Shown: piece after piece, positions 37,801 to 45,307 of the stretch
Position numbering within the stretch: the first letter of the stretch is position 1
Layout of the letters: each line of letters begins with the position of its first letter
Source of the DNA: Clostridia bacterium
GTDB lineage: Bacteria > Bacillota > Clostridia > Oscillospirales > CAG-272
Assembly (NCBI GenBank): GCA_017536635.1
Contig: JAFXHA010000070.1
Location: 5,826-69,825, forward strand
Reading direction: 5' to 3'
DNA length: 64,000 nt
Made by a program: the position numbers and the translations under genes
The notes under the pieces: model-generated
What the model saw: the letters and a program-made list of their open reading frames with translations, nothing else
Databases searched by the model: none
Told to the model about the DNA's origin: nothing

Positions 37801-39277
37801 GAGCATGACCTCAACCGGCGCTCGCGCGAGAATGTCATTCGTCAACGGAACCTTCCATCTCGCTAACAGTGGTGATGCTAAGGGAGAGATCGGTTGGATA
37901 CTTTACCGATCGAGCGATAAGAGCGGCGCGGGTTTGAATTATATAACTCCTACCGCGACAAATAACATAAAGCATAATGACGCCTTTGAGGCAATCAGAG
38001 ATATAGACACTGCTAACGATAACGAGCAAAAGTTCAAGGTTATCGTCGACGGTATCAATTACACAATGACACTTTATGTCGTTCGAAACGGAGATTATTT
38101 TTGGGTTGCAACTCAGAGCTTCAGCATCAATGGCGCTGATACAAAGCTCAGAGTTCTTACGGGCTCTTATGATGCCATAACGGGCGATAACTATATTGAG
38201 CTTAGCGATGTGCTTATCACTCGCGGATGCTCTGTAACAAAGGGTGATACAACGCATAAGTGTTCTATTTGCGGAAAAACGTGTGGAACACATAGCACAG
38301 GACACTCCTGTCTGATATGTATGAAGGCAACCTCTTGCTCGGATGGTGACAGCGATCACCTTTGCGACACCTGCGGACTTCGTCTCAGCAATTGTGCGGC
38401 GGCATCGGGTAAGCATACGTGTAGTACGTGTGGCGCGATTCTGTCTATGTGTGACGACACTAATCTGGACCATAAGTGCGACAGATGTTCCGTTGTGCTT
38501 CATCCTTGTTACGATACCAAGGGCGACGGAGACCATAAGTGCGACTGGTGTAATAAGACGGAGCTGGATACGTATGCATGCGCGGATAATGACAAGGATC
38601 ACCGTTGTGATGACTGTTATAAGACCGGATTCGGAACTCACGAAGATGGCACGCCGGTTGACGGCAAGTGTGAATACTGCGGTAAATTCGCAGACCATAC
38701 CTGCGTAGATGAACCGGATGACGGCGACCACGAATGTGATTACGAAATTTGTGTTGGGATCGAAAACGCTTGCGTAGATTCCAATAAGGACCACGTATGT
38801 GATAACGACAGCGCTTGTGAGGTATACAGCTCGGGCGAAAACGCGCACGAGGATAACAATAGCGACTATAAGTGTGATTACTGTGGCAAGTGGACCGATC
38901 CATTTATTTCAGTCGACGTGGTATGGACGGAGATGTCTTTTACCTTTGAAGAAACCGATTGGAATGTTGCAACGCACACCTACGGCAACCGCAGCTGGAC
39001 GGTCGCCGAGAACGGCGGTACGTTGACGGTTACCAATAACAGCAACGTCCACGTGTTAGCAAGCTTTTCATATCTCGCCAACGCGGGCTTCGAGAGCATA
39101 GGCGCGGAGTTCCATATTGAGGAAGAATCCGTTGAAGCACAAAATATACCGATCAATGAAACTATTACTGTAACGGTTCATCCTACGGGTGTGCCTAACG
39201 AACATTTTGGATCTGCCGCAATTGGCACGATGACCATAACGATCACTAAAAATGGGGAGGTTGTTAACGATGAGTAA
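34847..39277 (+). CDS. Giant secreted Cys/His-knuckle repeat protein (1476 aa), unknown family
   Basis: Start moved to the ATG at 34847 (RBS aaaggaga at 34833-34840); the track start is a TTG. The signal peptide is MKMKALKRILSMLMTVLMLAGTFSMMFTHVEA|AD. It has about 21 C-x(4-12)-H-x-C-x(2-4)-C motifs in 4 blocks, three repeated domains of about 200 aa and a distinct C-terminal domain. I recognise no LPXTG, SLH or other anchor. Confidence 0.85.
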   Translation: MKMKALKRILSMLMTVLMLAGTFSMMFTHVEAADTQVTSPKTYSSAANGDKLLDVDFTQHFTAVDDTSTAFTTNGTKYNSSGTAVSTATNAWRKSLVASPSVATSNELKIEYADTTTDATDHRYIGYIPAYDLDNKTVTMEFEYFRSSGIKSKFYFGKGSFIYGTDTDDIVSGGTDADMPNLGLEVKAGTAGYRLMRQSAAITAGVTTAKSGIVTSNGEQSTTFKVILKGGTKVTKTLYEGKECQTANVERWTGSIIPVSYAIVEITSSGSVINVVSGTFYQPSGIGIVFGIGEYDALASGAYYGVRNLAIYKGCTTCVDADKDHSCDFCSKAVGTHLEPANSHTCAYCGKAAGTCFDADPVDHKCDKCGAAYGTHTIATGKHVCAHCGKTHYVDWTSTHTTDDTANIFSATTDTITCNSKANDDIYYRVDSLASYTIPGNVYEVDYWIEQTSFSYRIGFQPVSAPSVTGSGTTVRIGWTTCVVGKNPTPSNNDYMCLLENGSLKNTSQAVEAPRDIDTSNNNRQHFKIKVDGINNNMTLYVKYNGEFVEADSVAVDFSNSTAKYLRPTFFIYDAIPSGEKVTIGGVTVTKLCVDTNSDHICDYDGCGGKVGECSDSDTDSDHICDLGCGSVASDCYDGSVIDHKCELCGAKIRSLCDDGSTVDHKCDVCGTRMISECVDNKKANGSAGKDHLCDVCGVAIGSLLDLTGVSTISGYASQAGTLVDSGLGYIKIYNKTIANGDMYGKDTGKLIKNHKYEITYTINKGVANQSRITMNFLYGSYLRSDGVTRAGQLGWVIGTDGRISKASGYAINEESNGNYDWKIVDRDIDTSSDNEQQFKVVIDGFGCQLLLYVMKNGEWVECEDLSIPFTIADNATLIPGFGTYDAVTGDNYIRMSDVTLHELCGYNDSHICTVCGAKVSSYVDFRTERDDWAYENWSTEIVERESGSIKVSNKDTAGGGFYGIKTNYEVPGNVYEITYTVKIPSMTSTGARARMSFVNGTFHLANSGDAKGEIGWILYRSSDKSGAGLNYITPTATNNIKHNDAFEAIRDIDTANDNEQKFKVIVDGINYTMTLYVVRNGDYFWVATQSFSINGADTKLRVLTGSYDAITGDNYIELSDVLITRGCSVTKGDTTHKCSICGKTCGTHSTGHSCLICMKATSCSDGDSDHLCDTCGLRLSNCAAASGKHTCSTCGAILSMCDDTNLDHKCDRCSVVLHPCYDTKGDGDHKCDWCNKTELDTYACADNDKDHRCDDCYKTGFGTHEDGTPVDGKCEYCGKFADHTCVDEPDDGDHECDYEICVGIENACVDSNKDHVCDNDSACEVYSSGENAHEDNNSDYKCDYCGKWTDPFISVDVVWTEMSFTFEETDWNVATHTYGNRSWTVAENGGTLTVTNNSNVHVLASFSYLANAGFESIGAEFHIEEESVEAQNIPINETITVTVHPTGVPNEHFGSAAIGTMTITITKNGEVVNDE

Positions 39278-39788
39278 AAGAATATTGATAAGCATTATTG
39301 CGCTTTCCGTTGCTTTTGTAATATCGGTTTCGGTTTCTATATGGGCAATTTTCTTTAGAGATAGGGACGAGGTGCTACCTCCCGATTATTCGCCTCAGGA
39401 TACCGACGATAATCAGATCCCCATCCCCGACGATCCGGGAGGTGAAATTCAAACGCCTGAGGGGGGCAGCGCGGTGAATATTACCTATGCCGAAAACGTA
39501 ACGGTTGATTTGTCGGATGAGAAAGCAACTCTTTATTACGCCAATCCCTCGAGATCCGGTCAGAACGTAGCTATTGCTGTCGTGGTTGGCGAGGAGGTAG
39601 TATTAAGATCCGAGCTGATCACTCCGGGCAATATGGTTACAAGCCTTCCTCTTGCTGACAGAGCGAAGAAGAAACTTACCGTAGGCAGTTATAACGCCGA
39701 AATTATCGTTTATTGCTATCATCCCGAAACAGGTGAAAAGGCAATGGTCGATACCAAAGGTACGGTCATTTTGACCGTGTCTGAATAA
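39270..39788 (+). CDS. Single-pass membrane protein with extracytoplasmic beta-rich domain, unknown family
   Basis: Start set at the ATG at 39270 (RBS gggagg 9 nt upstream), which overlaps the giant gene's stop by 8 nt. It has TM helix ILISIIALSVAFVISVSVSIWAIFF, a Pro/Asp linker and a domain of about 100 aa. Confidence 0.65.
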   Translation: MSKRILISIIALSVAFVISVSVSIWAIFFRDRDEVLPPDYSPQDTDDNQIPIPDDPGGEIQTPEGGSAVNITYAENVTVDLSDEKATLYYANPSRSGQNVAIAVVVGEEVVLRSELITPGNMVTSLPLADRAKKKLTVGSYNAEIIVYCYHPETGEKAMVDTKGTVILTVSE

Positions 39789-39850
39789 CAAAATATATTG
39801 GCAGTTGCCATTATATAAAAAATTTTAAAAAAACAAAAAGGAGAGAAAAA

Positions 39851-40384
39851 ATGAAAAAAATTCTCGCAATCGCACTCACTCTTGCACTTGCTCTTTGCTT
39901 GGCAGTGCCCGCATTCGCAGACGAGGCTACCCTCTCAAGTAACACCACCCTTACTAAAAACATTACCGTTAGCGGTACATACGATGAAAATCCCACTGGA
40001 GAAGTCATTTCCGTTGACGTATCTTGGGGCACTATGAGCTTTACGTACACCCCTGCTAATGACGGTACTTGGAATCCTGCAACTCACGCCTATACCAACG
40101 TTCCGGATCCTGTCTGGACTCCGACCGGTAACACGATCACCGTAACCAACCACTCCAATACCGCTGTTGATGCTGAGCTGAGCTTCGCAAAGGCTGTTGA
40201 TACCATCACAGGTACTTTCACTGAGACTTCCGGTACTGCTAACAATGGCAAATTAGAGCTTGCTACCGCAGAAGATACGGAAGTTAATGAGGCTCCCACC
40301 GCTACCGCTACATTCACCGTTTCCGGTTCTATTGCCGAGAGCGACGACCTCGGTACCATTACCGTTACAATCGTTAACAAGTAA
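39851..40384 (+). CDS. Small secreted protein, paralog of the giant protein's C-terminal domain
   Basis: 177 aa with signal peptide MKKILAIALTLALALCLAVPAFA|DEA and RBS aaaggagag. The sequence ISVDVSWGTMSFTYT...ATHAYT...ITVTNHSN...GTITVTIVNK aligns to the giant's residues ISVDVVWTEMSFTFE...ATHTYG...LTVTNNSN...GTMTITITKNG. Confidence 0.75.
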   Translation: MKKILAIALTLALALCLAVPAFADEATLSSNTTLTKNITVSGTYDENPTGEVISVDVSWGTMSFTYTPANDGTWNPATHAYTNVPDPVWTPTGNTITVTNHSNTAVDAELSFAKAVDTITGTFTETSGTANNGKLELATAEDTEVNEAPTATATFTVSGSIAESDDLGTITVTIVNK

Positions 40385-40888
40385 TTGAAAAACACAAAAG
40401 AAAATAAGCTTGTGCTCGTGCTTTCTTTGGCGTGCGTTGTTGCGGTCATCGTTATGATCGTTTCGCTATGCATGCCAAAGGAGGCGGAGCAGAAGTCTTT
40501 TGTCCCCCCTCCGTTTGATGACGGGGCCGCGGTCGGAGAGCCCACCGTGCCCGATCATCTTGGGTACAGTATTCTTTACCAAGAAGGTATGTCCTTCAAA
40601 GTGGGAATTTGCGGAAAGATCAACGTTACGAACGGTTCTGCCGACGTTTATCTTACTAACGTTTCCGAAAATAACGTGTGGCTAAAGGTGAGGTTTTACG
40701 ACCGATCAGGCGACATTGTTGGAGAAAGCGGATTGATAAAGCCCGGCGAGTATTTGCAAAGCGTAACATTGAATGATATATCCGACACGGATAATATAAC
40801 CGTAAAAGTAATGTCTTACGAGCCTGATACGTACAAAAGTATGGGCGCAATTACACTGAACCCCAAAATATCAATTTTAACTACATAA
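40385..40888 (+). CDS. Single-pass membrane protein, distant paralog of 39270..39788
   Basis: 167 aa with a TTG start abutting the upstream TAA stop. It has TM helix LVLVLSLACVVAVIVMIVSL, a Pro-rich linker and then a domain sharing the L-Y-x-N-x-S...S-x-L-I-x-P-G...Y-x-P-(E/D)-T pattern with 39270..39788. Confidence 0.55.
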   Translation: MKNTKENKLVLVLSLACVVAVIVMIVSLCMPKEAEQKSFVPPPFDDGAAVGEPTVPDHLGYSILYQEGMSFKVGICGKINVTNGSADVYLTNVSENNVWLKVRFYDRSGDIVGESGLIKPGEYLQSVTLNDISDTDNITVKVMSYEPDTYKSMGAITLNPKISILTT

Positions 40889-40895
40889 GCAAACA

Positions 40896-40934
40896 AAATA
40901 AATATCCCCCCGTTTCATGGGGGGATATTTATTT
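40896..40934. terminator. Strong bidirectional terminator closing the surface locus
   Basis: aaataaatatcccccc-gtttcat-ggggggatatttattt, a 16-bp stem. Confidence 0.8.
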
Positions 40935-41016
40935 GCACGTCAAATAAATAGTAAGCCGTTGACATATTTTGAAATATATGATAAAATAAACTATCAAAGT
41001 CGTACGGAGGATAATT

Positions 41017-42258
41017 ATGTCGAATATGAAGAATGCCATTGTAGGACAGTCGGGTGGCCCCACCGCGGCGATAAATGCCACGCTTGCGGGAGTTATTGAG
41101 GGAGCGCTCGCGTCTGAAAAAATAAATGCCGTTTACGGAATGAGATACGGAATCGAGGGGTTGCTCGCGGAGAACACCGTTCGCCTTGACGAGATATTCG
41201 GTACGGGCGACGAAAACCTGAAGCTGCTCAAGCAGACACCTGCGGCATATCTTGGATCTTGCAGAAAAAAGCTGCCCTCGCCTACGTCTGATAAGCCTGA
41301 GGATATTGCGCTTTACGAGAAGCTTTTTGCAATACTTGAAAAGCTGAATATCGGATATTTCTTTTACATAGGCGGTAACGATTCTATGGATACCGTCGCA
41401 AAAATGTCGGTATATGCCGAAAAGATCGGCTCGGATATAAGGCTTATAGGCGTTCCAAAGACGATAGATAACGATCTTATGGCAACCGACCACACCCCCG
41501 GCTTTGGCTCGGCAGCAAAATATATAGCTACCGTAGCGCAGGAAATAATCCGCGATTGCGCCGTTTATACCGTCAAGGCGGTTACGGTAATAGAGGTAAT
41601 GGGACGTGATGCAGGCTGGCTTACCGCGGCATCGGCGATCGGCAGGGAAGTAAGCGGATATGCGCCCGATTATGTATATCTGCCCGAGGTAGCTTTCGAT
41701 ATGGAAGCATTCCTCGAGGACGTTGCGGCGGCGTTTGAAAAGCATCCCAACGTAGTTATAGCGGTATCCGAGGGAGTGCGTCTGGCTGACGGCAGATACG
41801 TCGGCGAGGCAACGCAGAGCGGAAGCGTGGATATTTTCGGGCATAAATATCTCGGCGGTACGGGTGATACGCTGATCGACGCAGTAAAGGCGCGCTTTGG
41901 CTGTAAGGTGCGCGCGGTCGAGCTCAATCTTCCGCAGAGATGCGCGGGACATCTTCTCTCGAAAACGGATATCGAGGAGTCGGTACGCATAGGTGCGTCG
42001 GCAGTCGAGGCGGCGACAAACGGTATCAGCGGCGAGATGATGCTCTTTGAAAGAGCGCAGGGAAGTGAATACGTTTGCTCGATAGGTCATAAGAGCGTTA
42101 TGGATATAGCCAACGCGGCGAGATGCGTTCCGCGCGAATTTATCAACGAGCGCGGCAATAACGTAACAGACGCTTGCGTGGATTACCTCAAGCCGCTCAT
42201 CGCGGGCGAATATCCTGTGATCTTCAAGGGCGGAATCCCTGAGCATATTTGCCTTTAA
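41017..42258 (+). CDS. pfk: 6-phosphofructokinase family protein (phosphoryl donor ATP vs PPi not decided)
   Basis: 413 aa with GQSGGPTAAINA, IGGNDSMDT, PKTIDNDL and MGRDAGWL motifs. Confidence 0.8.
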   Translation: MSNMKNAIVGQSGGPTAAINATLAGVIEGALASEKINAVYGMRYGIEGLLAENTVRLDEIFGTGDENLKLLKQTPAAYLGSCRKKLPSPTSDKPEDIALYEKLFAILEKLNIGYFFYIGGNDSMDTVAKMSVYAEKIGSDIRLIGVPKTIDNDLMATDHTPGFGSAAKYIATVAQEIIRDCAVYTVKAVTVIEVMGRDAGWLTAASAIGREVSGYAPDYVYLPEVAFDMEAFLEDVAAAFEKHPNVVIAVSEGVRLADGRYVGEATQSGSVDIFGHKYLGGTGDTLIDAVKARFGCKVRAVELNLPQRCAGHLLSKTDIEESVRIGASAVEAATNGISGEMMLFERAQGSEYVCSIGHKSVMDIANAARCVPREFINERGNNVTDACVDYLKPLIAGEYPVIFKGGIPEHICL

Positions 42259-42265
42259 TAAATAC

Positions 42266-42298
42266 AAAAACGAACCCAAATTTTTGGGTTCGTTTTTT
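42266..42298. terminator. Bidirectional terminator after pfk
   Basis: aaaaacgaacccaaa-ttttt-gggttcgtttttt. Confidence 0.75.
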
Positions 42299-42300
42299 GT

Positions 42301-42377
42301 CGGTGCGAGTAATATGACATACTGGAACCTGCACGAAGGGCAGCCTCATTAGAACCTGATGGTAACGTTGCCTGATG
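42301..42377 (-). repeat. tRNA-Leu 3'-half-like repeat, copy 1 (most degenerate)
   Basis: The minus strand reads aacgttaccatcaggttctaatgaggctgcccttcgtgcaggttccagt...actcgcaccg. It matches tRNA-Leu(60517..60602) from the anticodon loop through the T-arm, and it abuts the AraC stop codon. Confidence 0.6.
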
Positions 42378-43184
42378 TTATTTTTTCAATATTTCTTTTT
42401 CCTTGGACGGTGAATATCCCCAAAAAGCTATATAATTACGATAGAACGTGGTATAATCTCCAAATCCGCAACGTTCACAAACCATCGTGGGCTTTTCACC
42501 GTCTCGGATCATTTTTTGCGCTAAAAGAAGTCGCTTTTCCATGATGTATTTCTTCGGTGTCTGATGAAGCTCCTTTTGAAACAGGCGGAAAAGATAGCTT
42601 TCACTTACAAAAAGATGCTCTGCTATCTCGTCTATACCCGTAATAGTGCAAAGATTGTCATTTGTATATTTGAGAGCTTTTGAGATTAAAGGAGATAGAG
42701 TAGTAGTTTTTTTTGAAAGCGAATATGGAAACAAAATGATGTTATAAAACAGCTCGGAGAGCAAATGAGCCAATATTTTTTCAAATGTGTCTATGTCGCT
42801 TTTTTGATAATACAGATCGCATTTGCGAAAGATGCCCTCAATGATATCGTTTCCCGCAAGGTTTATTACCTCCATATCGTTCGGTATAAGTCTTGCGCTT
42901 TCTACGTTATGCTTTTCCGCGTCAAAGAGAATATCATATCGCTCATATCTTGACGGTGCATCGATTTGAATAAAATGGTATTGAAATGGGCGTATTAGAA
43001 TAAGATCGCCTTTTTTTAACTTGTATTTTTTATCCTCTATAACGTGTGTCGCATTGCCGTCCAAAAAGTATATCAATTCATATGTATTGTGCGTGTGCAT
43101 GGAATAAGTGTTACACGGAAGATCCTCGGATACTTCATGCTTGAAAAACATTCGGTCTGTTGTCCATATATAATCGGTTGTCAT
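42378..43184 (-). CDS. AraC family transcriptional regulator
   Basis: 268 aa with a cupin N-terminus and a C-terminal HTH (GFGDYTTFYRNYIAFWGYSPSKE). Confidence 0.85.
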   Translation of the reverse strand: MTTDYIWTTDRMFFKHEVSEDLPCNTYSMHTHNTYELIYFLDGNATHVIEDKKYKLKKGDLILIRPFQYHFIQIDAPSRYERYDILFDAEKHNVESARLIPNDMEVINLAGNDIIEGIFRKCDLYYQKSDIDTFEKILAHLLSELFYNIILFPYSLSKKTTTLSPLISKALKYTNDNLCTITGIDEIAEHLFVSESYLFRLFQKELHQTPKKYIMEKRLLLAQKMIRDGEKPTMVCERCGFGDYTTFYRNYIAFWGYSPSKEKEILKK

Positions 43185-43332
43185 AATATTGCTCCATACT
43201 TTTTATTATTTAGTATTGTATCATATATGTTCAGTTTTTGCAATATAAAAATTCATAATTTGCCATTTACATTTCAAAAAGTTTATTCTATAATAATAAC
43301 AGCAATAAAATATTTGCAAAAGGAGCAGGTTT

Positions 43333-44403
43333 ATGAAAAAGTTAAATGTTGCTATTATAGGACAGGGGAGAAGCGGTAAGGATATTCACGGAAAGTACTA
43401 TCGAAGCACAGATAATCAATATTATAACGTGAAGTACGTGGTTGATGGTGATGAGTATCGCAGAAGTGTATCTGAGAAGATATATCCGAGTTGTAAGACG
43501 TTTGCAAATTATGAAGAATTATTTGCACTTGATGACGTTGATCTTGTAGTGAATGCCACGTATTCCGAAATGCACTATCCCATAACGAAGGATCTTCTTT
43601 TACACGGAAAGAATGTCCTTGTAGAAAAGCCCTTTGGACGCTCACGTTATGAGTGTGATGATCTCATAAAAACGGCTAAGGATAAGGGGGTAGTTCTCGC
43701 GGTATTCCAACAGACCTTTTTAGCTCCGTTTTATCAATTTGTATATGATACGATAAGTTCGGGAAAGCTTGGCGACGTCAAGCAGATAAACATTCGTTAT
43801 AACGGTTTTTCTCGCCGTTGGGATTGGCAGACCTTGCAGAAGAAATGCGCGGGCAGCACCTACAATACAGGCCCTCACCCGATAGGTATGGCTCTTGGAT
43901 TTTTGGATTTTGACAAAGATGCGAGAGTGGTTTACAGTAAGCTTGATACCGCGCTCACAAGCGGAGATGCCGACGACTATGCAAAAATTCTCATCACTGC
44001 GCCCAATAAGCCGTTGATCGACGTTGAAATTTCGGCTATCGACGCATACACCGATTACAATATTAAGGTTCAAGGAAGTAAAGGAACGCTCAAGGCAAAG
44101 CCGTCGGTATATGATATGGTATATATTTGCGACGGCGAGAACCCCGAAAGACCCGTTATTGAGGAATTTCTTAAGGATAACAATGGCAATCCCATTTACT
44201 GCTCGGAAAATCTCATCAAGCATATTGAATCGGAAAAATTCGCTGGTACGGCATTTGATATAGGTACGGCAAAGCTTTACGAACAGCTTTATTTTAAGAT
44301 TACTGAGGGTAGAGATATGACCGTAACACCCGAAATGGCAGCTGATATTATTTCGGTAATTGAGACGGTGCATGCACAGAACCCCTTGCCGTTGAAATAT
44401 TGA
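43333..44403 (+). CDS. Gfo/Idh/MocA family oxidoreductase
   Basis: 356 aa with VAIIGQGRSG and the VLVEKP motif. Confidence 0.8.
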   Translation: MKKLNVAIIGQGRSGKDIHGKYYRSTDNQYYNVKYVVDGDEYRRSVSEKIYPSCKTFANYEELFALDDVDLVVNATYSEMHYPITKDLLLHGKNVLVEKPFGRSRYECDDLIKTAKDKGVVLAVFQQTFLAPFYQFVYDTISSGKLGDVKQINIRYNGFSRRWDWQTLQKKCAGSTYNTGPHPIGMALGFLDFDKDARVVYSKLDTALTSGDADDYAKILITAPNKPLIDVEISAIDAYTDYNIKVQGSKGTLKAKPSVYDMVYICDGENPERPVIEEFLKDNNGNPIYCSENLIKHIESEKFAGTAFDIGTAKLYEQLYFKITEGRDMTVTPEMAADIISVIETVHAQNPLPLKY

Positions 44404-44428
44404 GTTGATACATATGGAGAATATAATT

Positions 44429-45298
44429 ATGAAAAAGATTGCGATACTTGGTTGTGAAAACTCGCATGCAAACGCGTTTTTGAATTTTATAAAAGAAAAA
44501 GAAGAATTTTCAGATGTTGAAGTTGTCGGCGTATACAGCGATGAAAGAGAAGCGGCAGAAAAGCTGAACGACAAATTTGGAGTTCCTGTAATGGACGGTT
44601 ACGCGGATGCCGTCGGAAAGATAGACGGCCTGGTTATCACAGCCCGTCACGGAGACAACCACTATAAATATGCGAAGCCGTATATTGACAGCGGCATTCC
44701 TATGTTTATTGATAAGCCGATCACAATCGACGAAACGGAAGCCGTCGAATTTATGAGACAGCTTCAAGATAAAAAAATTCGTATATCTGGCGGATCTTCC
44801 TTGAAACAGGACGTATTTATTCGTGAGCTGAAGCGGGACGCCGAAAGCAACGCAGACGGCGCTACTCTCGGCGGTTTCGTACGCGCCCCTTATCAGAGTT
44901 CGAACGAATACGGCGGCTTCTATTTCTACGCACAGCACCTTGTTGAGATGGTCTGCGAGATATTTGGCAGATTTCCTATCTCGGTGATAGCTAAGCAAAA
45001 CGGAAATCAGCTTCACGTTCTCTTCCATTATGAAGCTTACGACTGCGTTGGACTCTTCTGTGACAATAATTATCTCTATTATGCCTCACGTATGGCTGAA
45101 AAGGCTTCAAAATCCTTTGTTATTCCCACGACTAACGACTGGTTTTATGAGGAATTCAAGGAATTCTACGAGCTTCTTCAAGGCGGCGAACAAGCTGTAA
45201 AATACGATGAGTTTATTTCACCCGTTTTCATTATGAATGCTATTGAGCGCTCCATTGCAAGCGGCAAGGAAGAGCTTTTGAGAAAGATAGAGCTTTAA
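44429..45298 (+). CDS. Gfo/Idh/MocA-like oxidoreductase
   Basis: Start set at the ATG at 44429 (ggaga 8 nt upstream); the track start is a TTG. Motifs are MKKIAILGCENSHA and MFIDKP. Confidence 0.65.
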   Translation: MKKIAILGCENSHANAFLNFIKEKEEFSDVEVVGVYSDEREAAEKLNDKFGVPVMDGYADAVGKIDGLVITARHGDNHYKYAKPYIDSGIPMFIDKPITIDETEAVEFMRQLQDKKIRISGGSSLKQDVFIRELKRDAESNADGATLGGFVRAPYQSSNEYGGFYFYAQHLVEMVCEIFGRFPISVIAKQNGNQLHVLFHYEAYDCVGLFCDNNYLYYASRMAEKASKSFVIPTTNDWFYEEFKEFYELLQGGEQAVKYDEFISPVFIMNAIERSIASGKEELLRKIEL

Positions 45299-45307
45299 GG
45301 AGAAACT

